A program made the position numbers and the translations under genes. A stretch of DNA of 64,000 nucleotides from a virus (lineage: Duplodnaviria > Heunggongvirae > Uroviricota > Caudoviricetes): IMG/VR virus record IMGVR_UViG_3300020201_000012, positions 1-64,000 of that record; one strand, written 5' to 3'. The first letter of the stretch is position 1. Every line of letters begins with the position of its first letter. Shown one piece after another: positions 47,036-57,222 of the stretch. The notes beneath the pieces are model-generated. The model was not told the DNA's origin. It was given only the letters and a program-made list of their open reading frames with translations, and ran no database searches.

Positions 47036-47769
47036 TAACTGTTATACTCGTTTCTAGCGTGTTGCCTACCCACCCAGACACGTCAATTATAGACGAAACC
47101 TATGCTAGCATAAGACACCACTTGCCTGATGCTGAAATTATTCTACAGCTTGATGGCATAAGAGAAGAGCAAGAAGATCGTAAGGCCGACTATGATGAAT
47201 ACAAGAAAATAATACTTTGGAAATGTCTACACGAGTGGACTAATGTCCTGCCGGTTGTATTTGAAGAATTCTCGCACCAAAGCAATATGATGAAAGCCAC
47301 CATAGATATGGTAAAAACTCCATTAATACTATACATGGAAGGGGACTGCCCGTTAGTCACTGATTGCGAGATAGACTGGCAAGCATGTACGTCGCTAATA
47401 ACTAGCGGTGAAGCCAACACTATCCGGTTTCATTTTGAAGCTTCTATACTAAAGCCACACGAGCATTTAATGATAGCAAGGCACGGAAATTTCTTGCAGA
47501 CGATTCAGTGGTCTCAGCGCCCCCACTTGTCAAGTACTATCTACTATAAGGATACAGTATTACCGACAGTATCAGACAAGCTGTTTATAGAGGACACGTT
47601 CCACGGTCTCGTACAAGATGATTATAGTACTAGTGGATTATTAGGCTGGTACAAGCACCGTTTGTGGATATATCACCCAGACGGTAACATTAAACGAAGC
47701 CACACCTTAGACGGCAGGGCGGGCGGTAAGAAGTTTACGTCTGACGATGAAGTATGGGCGACAGGATGA
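47032..47769 (+). CDS. GT-A-fold glycosyltransferase-like protein
   Basis: N-terminal ITVILVSS…P…DTSII…ASI… is Rossmann/GT2-like. Weak. Confidence 0.3.
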   Translation: MITVILVSSVLPTHPDTSIIDETYASIRHHLPDAEIILQLDGIREEQEDRKADYDEYKKIILWKCLHEWTNVLPVVFEEFSHQSNMMKATIDMVKTPLILYMEGDCPLVTDCEIDWQACTSLITSGEANTIRFHFEASILKPHEHLMIARHGNFLQTIQWSQRPHLSSTIYYKDTVLPTVSDKLFIEDTFHGLVQDDYSTSGLLGWYKHRLWIYHPDGNIKRSHTLDGRAGGKKFTSDDEVWATG

Positions 47770-48815
47770 GACTTACCGTAATAGCACGGGCAGACTTAAC
47801 CGGGCTCGGAGTGCAGAGTCGCAACTGGGTGCGTCTTTTAGATCCTCACAAAGTAGTTGTGATAAACTCTAGGCCGTTCAACAATAATGAGCAACATTTT
47901 GAGTGGTACGCACACAGGCCCAATGCTTTTGTAGTTGACGGTTTTATACAATATGATCAAATTAACTCTATCTTAAACGATACAGATGTTCTTTTAACTT
48001 TTGAGGCTGTATATAATTATGCAATTATTTCTGCCGCACGAGAGAGGGGAATTAAAACAATAATACAAAATAACTGGGAGTTCACAGATTATCTTCGCCA
48101 ACCAGATCTTCCGTTCCCTGACTTATTGGTTAATCATTCGTATTGGCACCTAGACGAGCAGAAAAGACTATGGCCCGACATAACAGAATATTGTGCGACG
48201 CCCCTTTTTATAGAAGACTATGACTCTATAATGCTTCAGAATATGAATCGTGACCCCTCTAAGCGTCGCTTCTTACATATTGCAGGTCGAAAGACATATG
48301 AAGAACGTAATGGGACTAATGACTTAGTAGCGGCGGTAAGTCTTATACCCCCAGAGTATGATTTTGAGTTAGTAATAAAAGCGCAGAACGCAGATGTGCC
48401 AGATATGGGTGATCCGCGTATAGTGATTGATCGTAGCTCGCCGGAAGATGAAAAAGAATTATACCGCGATTTCGATGCTATGATTATGCCACGTCGTTAT
48501 GGCGGCGCTTGTTTGCCGATGAATGAAGCCCTTGCCTCTGGCCTGCCTGTTATTATGACTGACATAGACCCCAACAATAAAGTATTACCTAAAGACTGGC
48601 TTGTTGAGGCAGACAGAACGGGTGAATTTTTTACTCGCACTGTCATAGATTTATTCTCTGTTAATAGGCAAGCTCTCGCTAACAAAATAGTTGAGTTCAT
48701 ACTTTTAGAAGGCAATGAAAACAAACTACGAGCTAGAGAGATAGCAATAAAAGAATACTCTAGCGAATCCGTAAAAGAAAAATGGGCTTTACTTATGTCT
48801 AAATTAGGGGTATAA
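47754..48815 (+). CDS. Glycosyltransferase family 1 (GT4-like)
   Basis: …FLHIAGRKTYEERNGTNDL…DAMIMPRRYGGACLPMNEALASGLPVIMTDI… matches the GT1 E-x7-E region. Confidence 0.55.
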   Translation: MGDRMRLTVIARADLTGLGVQSRNWVRLLDPHKVVVINSRPFNNNEQHFEWYAHRPNAFVVDGFIQYDQINSILNDTDVLLTFEAVYNYAIISAARERGIKTIIQNNWEFTDYLRQPDLPFPDLLVNHSYWHLDEQKRLWPDITEYCATPLFIEDYDSIMLQNMNRDPSKRRFLHIAGRKTYEERNGTNDLVAAVSLIPPEYDFELVIKAQNADVPDMGDPRIVIDRSSPEDEKELYRDFDAMIMPRRYGGACLPMNEALASGLPVIMTDIDPNNKVLPKDWLVEADRTGEFFTRTVIDLFSVNRQALANKIVEFILLEGNENKLRAREIAIKEYSSESVKEKWALLMSKLGV

Positions 48816-48822
48816 TGAGTAT

Positions 48823-49104
48823 ATGAAAACAGTAAACAGCAAGATAATATTCAGCGCCACAATTGAACTTACTAATCAGATAATAGATGAATCTATGAAT
48901 GAAAGCTATATAGAGCATAAGAAAAAAGATATGGCTCACCAATTAGGCCTTCAGATAGTAGGGGAAAAAGGTTGGGAAGTAGAGGTAGTTGAAGATCGTA
49001 CTTTACTTGATATAAGATTATATGTATTCACACCGCAAGAACTAAAAGACTTTATTGATATAAAGCTTCAGCATAAGCTAGAAAAGATGGGTATTACAGA
49101 TTAA
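48823..49104 (+). CDS. Hypothetical protein
   Basis: ORF only. Confidence 0.2.
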   Translation: MKTVNSKIIFSATIELTNQIIDESMNESYIEHKKKDMAHQLGLQIVGEKGWEVEVVEDRTLLDIRLYVFTPQELKDFIDIKLQHKLEKMGITD

Positions 49105-49123
49105 AAATTTAGCAATAGGTGAT

Positions 49124-49801
49124 TTGCACACCAAGTCATGGATAATAGAAGAGGTAGAAAAGCTCGTAGATAATTACGACGCAGTTGTATTTGTCGGCGA
49201 TTACGCAGACAACTGGAACACGGGCCCTGGTCAGACTATGGCTACATGGCGATTGTTAAAAATGTTTATGGATTCAAACCCTACTGTTCATGCAGTTATA
49301 GGTAATCACGATTATGCCTACATACACCCAGAGATAGCGGGTAGGTCTAGCGGCTGGAACCCGATAACCTATCAATTGATAAATGCCCCCGAGAACAAGA
49401 AGATTAAAGACTGGTTACTATCACTACCGGTTATTCTTGAGCTAGACGGTGTAAGCTACTCGCATGCTGGTATAACCGAACAGTGGAATGGCGAGCTAGA
49501 TGTTTCAAGCCTATGGAACGATCAAAGCCCTATATGGGCTAGGCCGCGAGAGTTCGGGGGTTTTGTCACTTATAAAAATATTAAACAAGTTATAGGCCAT
49601 AACTGTAGTGAAAAAATTTGGCAACCGCAAGAAGGGGTATGGTGTATTGATACGTTCTCAGAGCACCAAGATAACACGCCAGTGGGTGACCAGACTATAC
49701 TAGAAGTGACAGACGGTAAAGAATTTTTACCAATAAAACTAAAAGAAACACAAAATGAAGATAATAGCAATACTGCCGATTTCAAGACTACAGTATCTTG
49801 A
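49124..49801 (+). CDS. Calcineurin-like metallophosphoesterase
   Basis: VVFVGDYADNW and VIGNHDY motifs. Confidence 0.5.
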   Translation: MHTKSWIIEEVEKLVDNYDAVVFVGDYADNWNTGPGQTMATWRLLKMFMDSNPTVHAVIGNHDYAYIHPEIAGRSSGWNPITYQLINAPENKKIKDWLLSLPVILELDGVSYSHAGITEQWNGELDVSSLWNDQSPIWARPREFGGFVTYKNIKQVIGHNCSEKIWQPQEGVWCIDTFSEHQDNTPVGDQTILEVTDGKEFLPIKLKETQNEDNSNTADFKTTVS

Positions 49802-50528
49802 TAGGGTTATAGACTCGTTAATAGCGCAAACCCATAAAGTTCAAGGCTTAATAGTTGTACTCGATCTTGCTGACGATGAGTATTTAGAGGCTAGAAATAA
49901 AATTGTTGGTTTAGGCTTTGATCAGGTTTTATGCGTTAAGTCTAACAACCTCGCCCCAGTACATTCAGTACCTGAACGCCGTGAACATATTACCAATATA
50001 CACAATCAATTTAGAGGTTTGATTGGTGAAGCAGATTGGGTATTCAGCATGGAAGACGATAGTATAATACCATCAGACGCACTAGAGCGTTTAATAAACG
50101 TAACAAGAACCGAAGAAAAAGTTGGAATGGCAACAGGTGTCGAGCTCGGTCGATGGGGTGTACAGTATGTTGGTGCTTGGACGGTTGACGACATAGAAAA
50201 TGTACAATTAATAACGTCGGTTGAAAATCGCATTCTAGAAACCTCACTAGTACAAGAGATTGATGCTTGCGGTCTCTACTGTGGCTTGATACGTGCAGAC
50301 CTATATAAAGAGCATGAGTTCTTTACTTATAACGGTTTAGGGCCAGATGTTAACCTAGGGCTATTTATAAGAAATAAAGGTTTCAACAATTATATAGCAT
50401 GGGGCATACCCGTAATTCACCTAACTAACTCTATGAGAGAAGAAATAGAGATAACACCGTTCAGCCAGTCTCGTATTGTTACTTTAAGCTTGTTATCTGA
50501 GAGCACTTGGCAAGCTTCTTCAAATTAG
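49755..50528 (+). CDS. Glycosyltransferase family 2-like
   Basis: N-terminal KIIAILPISRLQYLDRVIDSLIAQTH…VLDLADD resembles GT2. Confidence 0.45.
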   Translation: MKIIAILPISRLQYLDRVIDSLIAQTHKVQGLIVVLDLADDEYLEARNKIVGLGFDQVLCVKSNNLAPVHSVPERREHITNIHNQFRGLIGEADWVFSMEDDSIIPSDALERLINVTRTEEKVGMATGVELGRWGVQYVGAWTVDDIENVQLITSVENRILETSLVQEIDACGLYCGLIRADLYKEHEFFTYNGLGPDVNLGLFIRNKGFNNYIAWGIPVIHLTNSMREEIEITPFSQSRIVTLSLLSESTWQASSN

Positions 50529-50530
50529 TG

Positions 50531-50559
50531 TTGACATTTGCCCTATAAGCAAGTATAAT
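50531..50559 (+). promoter_or_regulatory. Consensus sigma70 promoter (TTGACA-17-TATAAT)
   Basis: Perfect hexamers upstream of 50566. Confidence 0.5.
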
Positions 50560-50565
50560 TAAGTT

Positions 50566-50934
50566 ATGACATATAACCAAGAAATAGACGAGCCAGCCGA
50601 GTTCGTCACTAAAGATAGCGGCGAAAGAGAAGAGTTTGAGACCGGCAGCCGTAGGGATACGCAAAACGGCAAGCCAAGATATGACTTAATACCAACAGGC
50701 CCACTTACTAGAGTGGCGCATCTATACGCTAGAGGTGCCGAGAAGTACGACGACTGGAACTGGGTTAAGGGCCAGCCAATGAGTCGAGTTTATGCATCTA
50801 TGTTTAGGCATATGATTGCGTGGCGAGATGGTGACAAATCGGAAGATCACCTTGCGGCAGTAGCGTGGAATGCTTTTGCATTAATGCACTTCGAAGATAA
50901 CAAACCAGAGTTAAATGATTTGGAGATAATATGA
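50566..50934 (+). CDS. Putative nucleotide pyrophosphohydrolase-like protein (MazG-related phage family)
   Basis: …RYDLIP…L.RVAHLYARGAEKY…NW… pattern, recalled from phage dATP/dGTP diphosphohydrolase-like proteins. Low certainty. Confidence 0.25.
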   Translation: MTYNQEIDEPAEFVTKDSGEREEFETGSRRDTQNGKPRYDLIPTGPLTRVAHLYARGAEKYDDWNWVKGQPMSRVYASMFRHMIAWRDGDKSEDHLAAVAWNAFALMHFEDNKPELNDLEII

Positions 50935-51167
50935 TATTTAGAGTGACAATGAAAGATACGGATGTTCTAGACGACGGAATCGATGAGGCGCTTGATAAGT
51001 GGTTTTTGACGAGTGGTTTACCAGAAGACGAGCAAGAGGAGATTCGTGAGATACGTCACGAAAAAGCATCAGACGTTGCAGGCCAGTGGTTTAGGTATGG
51101 TGAGTATTTAACTGTAGAAATAGATACAGAAAAAGAAACAATAAAGGTAATACGAAATGAAGTTTAA
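50931..51167 (+). CDS. Hypothetical acidic protein
   Basis: ORF only. Confidence 0.2.
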   Translation: MIFRVTMKDTDVLDDGIDEALDKWFLTSGLPEDEQEEIREIRHEKASDVAGQWFRYGEYLTVEIDTEKETIKVIRNEV

Positions 51168-52428
51168 AGAATTAGAGAACAAGAATTATGCAGCGACCAT
51201 AGTAAGAATTGATAGTCTGCACCCACTAGAGAATAGTGATAATCTCATCGGTACACCGCTTCTAGGTATGCAAGCTGTCGTTTCAAAAGACACGGAAGTG
51301 GGCACGATAGGCGTTGTTTTCGTAGCCGAGACTCAGTTGAGTGAAGAATACACAGCTAGAAATAACCTATTTCGTCACCACGAGTTTAATGAAGATAAAG
51401 ACAAGACTGGCTTCATAGAAGATAATCGTCGAGTGAAGGCTATTAAGTTGCGTGGCAGTAATTCTAACGCGTTATTTATGCCGCTTTCGTCTTTGGCTTA
51501 TACAAAAGTTGACCTTAGCGAATTCAAGATAGGTGATGCATTTGAAGAGTTAAACGGCTATGAGATTTGTAAGAAGTATCAAGTCAAATCTAAGTCTTAC
51601 CCGACCCATGAAAAAAATAAGCATAAAGTGTTCACCCGTGTCGATGAAAGAATGTTTCCGCGACATTATGATACTGACCAGTATTACAGAGTTCTTGATA
51701 CATTTAAGCCCTACACCGAGATTATTGTTACCCAAAAACTACACGGTACATTACTAAGGTTCTCAAATATTCCGGTTAAGCGTAAACTTTCACTAGCCGA
51801 AAAATGGGTGTCTAAACTAGGTGTTAAAGTACAGCAAGAAGAATATGCTCATATCTATGGGTCTAATCGTGTTATTAAAGATGCTAACAATAATAACCAA
51901 AGACATTTCTATGAACACGATATATGGACAGAAGCAGCTAAAAGATTTGACGATATGATTCCTGAAAACTTTGTTGTTTATGGTGAGTTAATCGGCTGGA
52001 CACCAGACGGTGCCCCTATTCAAAAGAACTATACATACCATGTGCCTCACCCGACTAACGAACTATACGTCTACCGAGTTGCTCAGATTAATGGGCAAGG
52101 TATCATGACCGACTTAAGTTGGGATCAGTTGAAAGAGTTCTGTAGAGATAGGGGTATGAAGCACGTACCAGAACTATGGCGTGGTAAACACCAAGACTTC
52201 AGCCCAGAAGAATGGCTAGACACAAACTATAGCGAGAAGTTGCATGGTGGTTATCCACAGGCAGTACCGCTAGACAAAGAGAGCCCGTGCGAAGAGGGTA
52301 TATGCATAAGAGTTGAAGGTCTAGCACCCTATATAGCAAAATTAAAATCACCAGAATTTTTCGCCCATGAAACAAAAATGATGGACGAAGAGGTACTGGA
52401 CATAGAAGAAGAAAGCAAGGTAGAGTGA
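51157..52428 (+). CDS. ATP-dependent RNA ligase, Rnl2-like nucleotidyltransferase domain with an N-terminal OB-like extension
   Basis: Motif I QKLHGT (compare T4 Rnl2 KIHGTN), motif III VVYGELIGW, motif IV EEGICIRVEG, motif V IAKLKS. About 190 aa N-terminal extension. Confidence 0.5.
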   Translation: MKFKELENKNYAATIVRIDSLHPLENSDNLIGTPLLGMQAVVSKDTEVGTIGVVFVAETQLSEEYTARNNLFRHHEFNEDKDKTGFIEDNRRVKAIKLRGSNSNALFMPLSSLAYTKVDLSEFKIGDAFEELNGYEICKKYQVKSKSYPTHEKNKHKVFTRVDERMFPRHYDTDQYYRVLDTFKPYTEIIVTQKLHGTLLRFSNIPVKRKLSLAEKWVSKLGVKVQQEEYAHIYGSNRVIKDANNNNQRHFYEHDIWTEAAKRFDDMIPENFVVYGELIGWTPDGAPIQKNYTYHVPHPTNELYVYRVAQINGQGIMTDLSWDQLKEFCRDRGMKHVPELWRGKHQDFSPEEWLDTNYSEKLHGGYPQAVPLDKESPCEEGICIRVEGLAPYIAKLKSPEFFAHETKMMDEEVLDIEEESKVE

Positions 52429-52652
52429 AATATAACGTAAAATTTTACCTAAATTCAGGGCTTGTGTATGAAATGGAGACAGACGACCATAGGAACTATC
52501 AAAAAATATTAAAGAAAAAGAGTAACGTTCTCCAGATTTTCTCGAAAGAAAACGAAGTTAAATATATCCCAGTCTCTAATATACAACTTCTCGAAGTTAA
52601 AGAGAACGATACGCTTAAAAGAAAAGAAAAACAAAATGAACAATCAAGTTAA
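52425..52652 (+). CDS. Hypothetical small protein
   Basis: ORF only. Confidence 0.2.
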   Translation: MKYNVKFYLNSGLVYEMETDDHRNYQKILKKKSNVLQIFSKENEVKYIPVSNIQLLEVKENDTLKRKEKQNEQSS

Positions 52653-53550
52653 AGTTATAATCACCAGAGGCTTACCCGCTTCTGGTAAAAGCACCTATGC
52701 CCGCGAGTGGGTTTCAGAAGATACTTCTAGTAGGGTTTGTATAGAAAAAGATATAATCAGAAAAAATGCCAGCCTATTTAAGGACGGCGTTTATACGCAT
52801 AAGCGTGGTGATGAATCAATAGTAATAAGAGAAAGAGATAAACTCATAAACCAATCTTTACAAGATGGCAAAAGTGTTATATCATCTGATACTAACCTAT
52901 TGCAGAAACACATTGCACAAATATCTTCTATTGCTAGAAAATATAATGCCGAGATAGAGGTTGTAAGTTTCTTAGACGTACCATTGAAAGAGCTTATTGA
53001 TAGAGATAAGAATAGGCAAAACTCAGTTGGAGAACAAGTGATTCGTAAGATGTTTCACGAACAAGTTAAGAAGATGCCAACCTTCTTGAAGTTTGACCCG
53101 AAGTTGCCAAATTGTGTTATTAGTGATTTGGATGGTACTCTGACCCTTGGCCCAAAAGATCGCTCGCCCTATGAGTGGGCAAAAGTAGGTAATGATGACC
53201 TTAACTTAGGTATATCACATATACTAGACGGCGTCAAAATTATAGACTATGCAAAGATATTTATATTCAGTGGTAGAAACGCTGTATGTCGCCCACAGAC
53301 AGAAGATTGGTTAGAGCGTAATGATATTGAGTATGACTTACTAGCAATGAGGCCACAGTTCTTAGAAGACGGTAAAACAGAAAACAACTTGTCAGATGAG
53401 ATAATTAAAGCCGACATGATTGAAAAACATATTCGCGGGAAATACAACATTCTTCTATGGTTTGATGACAGAATTAGAATTTCTACTATGCTTAGAGACG
53501 TCTACGGAATTAACGTCGCACAGCTTGGGGATACTCGTTTCGAATTTTAA
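52636..53550 (+). CDS. pnkp: Polynucleotide kinase-phosphatase (T4 Pnkp-like)
   Basis: N-terminal P-loop GLPASGKST. C-terminal HAD phosphatase motif ISDLDGTL with later DD motifs. Confidence 0.65.
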   Translation: MNNQVKVIITRGLPASGKSTYAREWVSEDTSSRVCIEKDIIRKNASLFKDGVYTHKRGDESIVIRERDKLINQSLQDGKSVISSDTNLLQKHIAQISSIARKYNAEIEVVSFLDVPLKELIDRDKNRQNSVGEQVIRKMFHEQVKKMPTFLKFDPKLPNCVISDLDGTLTLGPKDRSPYEWAKVGNDDLNLGISHILDGVKIIDYAKIFIFSGRNAVCRPQTEDWLERNDIEYDLLAMRPQFLEDGKTENNLSDEIIKADMIEKHIRGKYNILLWFDDRIRISTMLRDVYGINVAQLGDTRFEF

Positions 53551-53551
53551 G

Positions 53552-53580
53552 TTGACAATTCAATAAAACTGGTGTAGAAT
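53552..53580 (+). promoter_or_regulatory. Sigma70-like promoter (TTGACA-17-TAGAAT)
   Basis: Sequence match only. Confidence 0.4.
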
Positions 53581-53586
53581 TAAAGT

Positions 53587-53949
53587 ATGAATACAATACA
53601 ATATATAGTAGTTAATAAAGATTTAAAAATGTCAGCAGGCAAAGCTATGGCACAGGTTGCTCATGCAATAATGCACTCGGCAGCATCAAAAAATTTCAAC
53701 AACTATCTCGATGCGAAACAGCGAACAGTGATAGTTCTAGAGGGAACGGGCACTCAGATATTAAACCTATTTAAGTATCTGATCCTTAGAGATATAGGCG
53801 CTAATTACGTCATAGACGAAGGTATTAACGAAATACCCACAATGTCTGTTACTGCTCTCGCGACAGATGTTTTAGATATTGAAGATAAGGATACACGATA
53901 CATCTTTCGGGGCTTCAAGCTATACAAGCATGGCAGGTTTCAAAGATGA
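53587..53949 (+). CDS. Peptidyl-tRNA hydrolase, PTH2-family-like
   Basis: YIVVNKDLKMSAGKAMAQVAHA… and …VIVLEG…VIDEG…IP..SVTALA match the PTH2 pattern. Confidence 0.45.
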   Translation: MNTIQYIVVNKDLKMSAGKAMAQVAHAIMHSAASKNFNNYLDAKQRTVIVLEGTGTQILNLFKYLILRDIGANYVIDEGINEIPTMSVTALATDVLDIEDKDTRYIFRGFKLYKHGRFQR

Positions 53950-54137
53950 AATACATATACGTATTAATAGACAAAGAAACGGATGGTTTCTGGGCAAATA
54001 CCAAGAACTATCACCGTAAGCGTGCTATTCAGGCATATACTAGTGAAGCTAGGGCTCTTGCTGCATTGTCAAACTTCTGGCCCAAAGTCGAGCCAAATAC
54101 AGTCGTCGTAAAGAAATTCAGAAGGATTACAGAATGA
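53946..54137 (+). CDS. Hypothetical small protein
   Basis: ORF only. Confidence 0.15.
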   Translation: MKYIYVLIDKETDGFWANTKNYHRKRAIQAYTSEARALAALSNFWPKVEPNTVVVKKFRRITE

Positions 54138-54442
54138 ATGAAGATATGGCATCGGAAAAAATAGTAATATTTTGGCGTTTTGGGTATTTTAAACTATTTG
54201 ACAGTAGGGGTAACCAGGTAAACGACAGGTTCGTATTAACTGAGGATTATGATTGGGCAAGAATATTTTGGCGCTTCTATTATAGGGAGGCATATTATGA
54301 ATAAAATAACAGTAATTACTTTTGGTATATTTCTATTTGGTATGAATGTATATTTAGCACTAAATTCAAGTCTAGATTGGTGGACCGTGTTAGGCACCTC
54401 GTCTTCCGCTTTTATGGTTGGTTTTGGGTGGGGCAAAAAATA

Positions 54443-55144
54443 ATGAAACCTAAATCTATAATACTAGAAGGCATAACCGGTTCTAAGGCTTATGGTCTAG
54501 ACACCGAGAAATCAGATACCGATATTAAGGGTATATATTTATTGCCGACTGCAAAAGTATTAGAGATGGGTTTCGATTTACAGCACACAACAGTTGACAA
54601 TGTAGACCCTGACTGGGTTTATCATGAAACTGCTAAATTTATGAAGCTTGTAGTGGGTGGCAACCCAACCGTAACTGAACTTCTGTATTTAAATGATTAT
54701 ACGATAATGACACCAATAGGTCAAATATTAGTAGACAATAGAGACGCATTTTTGTCAACTAAAGCAGTTATGAACGCTTATCGTGGTTACGCATTCTCAC
54801 AGGCTAAGAAGTTAAACAACCGCACAGAGCAGGGTCTTGATGGTTATGACAGTTCACTTAAGAACCGTTTCTCTAAGCATACGAGACATCTTTGGAGGTT
54901 ATTAGAACAAGCAGAACAGCTACTTACCACTGGTACTCTGAGTGTTAAGCTAACTCAAAAACAACGTGAAGAATGCTTTGCTCTTGGTGAAAAAAGTGCT
55001 AGCGAAGTTGTAGATTATTTTATAGAAAAAGATAAATATGTATCAGAGCTATCGAGTGTATTGCCAGATAAGCCAGATATTGAAAAACTTAATAACATTC
55101 TATACAATATTAGAATGAATAACTACGACGAGATAGAATTATAA
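54443..55144 (+). CDS. Pol-beta-superfamily nucleotidyltransferase
   Basis: GITGSKAYGLDTEKSDTDIKG gives the GS…DxD nucleotidyltransferase motif. The start is taken at the ATG overlapping the upstream stop (the track ORF begins at 54377). Confidence 0.45.
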   Translation: MKPKSIILEGITGSKAYGLDTEKSDTDIKGIYLLPTAKVLEMGFDLQHTTVDNVDPDWVYHETAKFMKLVVGGNPTVTELLYLNDYTIMTPIGQILVDNRDAFLSTKAVMNAYRGYAFSQAKKLNNRTEQGLDGYDSSLKNRFSKHTRHLWRLLEQAEQLLTTGTLSVKLTQKQREECFALGEKSASEVVDYFIEKDKYVSELSSVLPDKPDIEKLNNILYNIRMNNYDEIEL

Positions 55145-56073
55145 TGTCATACAATAACTGGAAAATGATGGATAAGATAGATGTTGCGGTGAGAACTGGC
55201 GATAATAGTTATCGTGGGTTTACTGGCTACATCGTACCTCATGGCGACAAAGAATCTCTTGAAAAGGCTAAAGACTGGGCAAGAAACCAAACATGGGATG
55301 ACGAACTTCGTAAGCATCTAACAGTACATGAACCAGATGTTCACACCTTTGACAACGAAGGCTTTACGGCAAAGATCCTTCAATCAGCCGGTGGCTCGTC
55401 ACAGGGTGGAAGATTGTCTTTCTGGGCGTGTGAAGTAGAAAAAGACGGTATCAAGTTCACTATCGGTGTAAATGATGCAGTTCTAGCTGACTTAATCAGG
55501 TCAAGCGATATGTCAAATGGTCTAGTTAAGCAGAAAGTTATGTTTGCTCGTAGGGCAGGTCAACCAGGACTCATACACGAAGGTATGCAATCTTACCAAG
55601 ATGCAACAGCAGACATGGCCCATAAAGCAACCATGAAAGCCGCCAAGAAAACCTCTAAGTGGGAAATTGGTGGAGTGTATTCATCTATAACCCAGACTGC
55701 TATATGTCTTGGTGAAGTATTTGATTCCATGGAAGAATATACAGTTCAAAATAATACTTGGCGGTACGGTAGAACTGAAACAAAATTTCGCAAGCGTGAT
55801 GTGCCAGTTAAGACTTTAGCTTGGGTTCACATATATAACCCTGAAAATGGCCTGCCGAAAGACTTTAACGAGCTGATGAATAAAAAACTAGAAGATAAAA
55901 GATATGTATATTTTTACACTGGTAAGCCGCCGGCACGCGCCAAGACAGGGCAACTAGAAGTCAAAGACACCGATATGAAGCTACTTGATAAGGTTTTATC
56001 TTTACGTAGAGAGAGTGTGAACTATGGTGAAGTAGAGATTACTAAGCGCTTTGCGAGGAAATTAAATGTCTAA
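55144..56073 (+). CDS. Hypothetical protein
   Basis: 309 aa; overlapping start with the nucleotidyltransferase gene. Confidence 0.2.
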   Translation: MSYNNWKMMDKIDVAVRTGDNSYRGFTGYIVPHGDKESLEKAKDWARNQTWDDELRKHLTVHEPDVHTFDNEGFTAKILQSAGGSSQGGRLSFWACEVEKDGIKFTIGVNDAVLADLIRSSDMSNGLVKQKVMFARRAGQPGLIHEGMQSYQDATADMAHKATMKAAKKTSKWEIGGVYSSITQTAICLGEVFDSMEEYTVQNNTWRYGRTETKFRKRDVPVKTLAWVHIYNPENGLPKDFNELMNKKLEDKRYVYFYTGKPPARAKTGQLEVKDTDMKLLDKVLSLRRESVNYGEVEITKRFARKLNV

Positions 56074-56587
56074 ATATAAACCTTGGTTCTTTGTAGATGT
56101 TGAAGCAAGAGGAACTTCTCCTGTTAATGGTACTATGACAGAATTTGGTATTGTTCACTATGATACCAAAGAAACATTTCATGGTATTCTTTATGAAGGT
56201 ACGCCAGACCCAGAAAACCCAGCAAAACCAATCGTAGGTCAGAGAGTCAACGCCACAGGAACAGTTGTGCTAGATTTAAACGACTGGCTAGCTAGCTTCA
56301 TCGGTCACGGCAATGCGACAATGATTTCAGACAACCCAGCGTATGACTTTATGTGGATCGCAGGAATGTATGATGAAGTTGGTCTAGAAAACCGATTTGG
56401 TCACTCAGCTCGAAGAATAAGCGACTTTTACGCTGGTGTACAACTAAAATGGGGCGACACACAGGGCTGGAAACGTTACAGAGAAACACCACACGATCAT
56501 AACCCTGTTAATGATGCAATGGGTAATGTAGAAGCATTTATGAGAATAGAAGAAATAGTAGCAGAAAAGAAAAGAGAAGCTAAATGA
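56066..56587 (+). CDS. DEDDh 3'-5' exonuclease (RNase T/oligoribonuclease-like)
   Basis: FFVDVEARG (Exo I), DNPAYDFMW (Exo II), HNPVNDAMGN (Exo III). Confidence 0.45.
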   Translation: MSKYKPWFFVDVEARGTSPVNGTMTEFGIVHYDTKETFHGILYEGTPDPENPAKPIVGQRVNATGTVVLDLNDWLASFIGHGNATMISDNPAYDFMWIAGMYDEVGLENRFGHSARRISDFYAGVQLKWGDTQGWKRYRETPHDHNPVNDAMGNVEAFMRIEEIVAEKKREAK

Positions 56588-56690
56588 AATACGCGTTTCC
56601 ACCAAAAACACTGTATGATACCCTGTGCACACCAAAGATGTATAAAAAGTACCCCGGTTCGCCAACGTGGGCTTATGATGGGCAGTTTAT

Positions 56691-56984
56691 ATGGATAGTT
56701 CAATGACACCTAAAAGATACAAAGCAACGACTCTACCCCCAGAGACACCAGACCCTTTCATGGGCTTTAAGACTTTTACCATTAAGGGTTACTATGTTAA
56801 GCACGTTTACGCAACCCCCCACCCAATAAGTACTAAAGAAAAAGATGATCGGTTTGTTGCAGAACATACTAAACATTACATTATGTCTGACGGCTTCTCT
56901 GACTGGGGTTTACCACGAGAGCTAGAGGTACACGAAATAGATATTAATACTTTAGAGGAATGTATAGAGTCAACAAATGGATGA
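56691..56984 (+). CDS. Hypothetical protein
   Basis: ORF only. Confidence 0.2.
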   Translation: MDSSMTPKRYKATTLPPETPDPFMGFKTFTIKGYYVKHVYATPHPISTKEKDDRFVAEHTKHYIMSDGFSDWGLPRELEVHEIDINTLEECIESTNG

Positions 56985-57222
56985 CAAAACCAACGAAACG
57001 GAAGATTTTCCAGTTACCCTCGCTTTTGGGCAGGGCATTGAAGATATTATAGGTCAAATCACTCTATCTAAAAAAGCACTAGATATAATAAAGGCCGCAC
57101 CGCAAATGTGCGAATTTGCAATAGCATTCACAGGAGACGTTAACCAAGATGGAACATACAGTAACGGAAAGTTGCTTGAAGTTTCGCTAGTAATAAGGAA
57201 AGAACAATGGATAAAGCACTAA
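56977..57222 (+). CDS. Hypothetical protein
   Basis: ORF only. Confidence 0.2.
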   Translation: MDDKTNETEDFPVTLAFGQGIEDIIGQITLSKKALDIIKAAPQMCEFAIAFTGDVNQDGTYSNGKLLEVSLVIRKEQWIKH

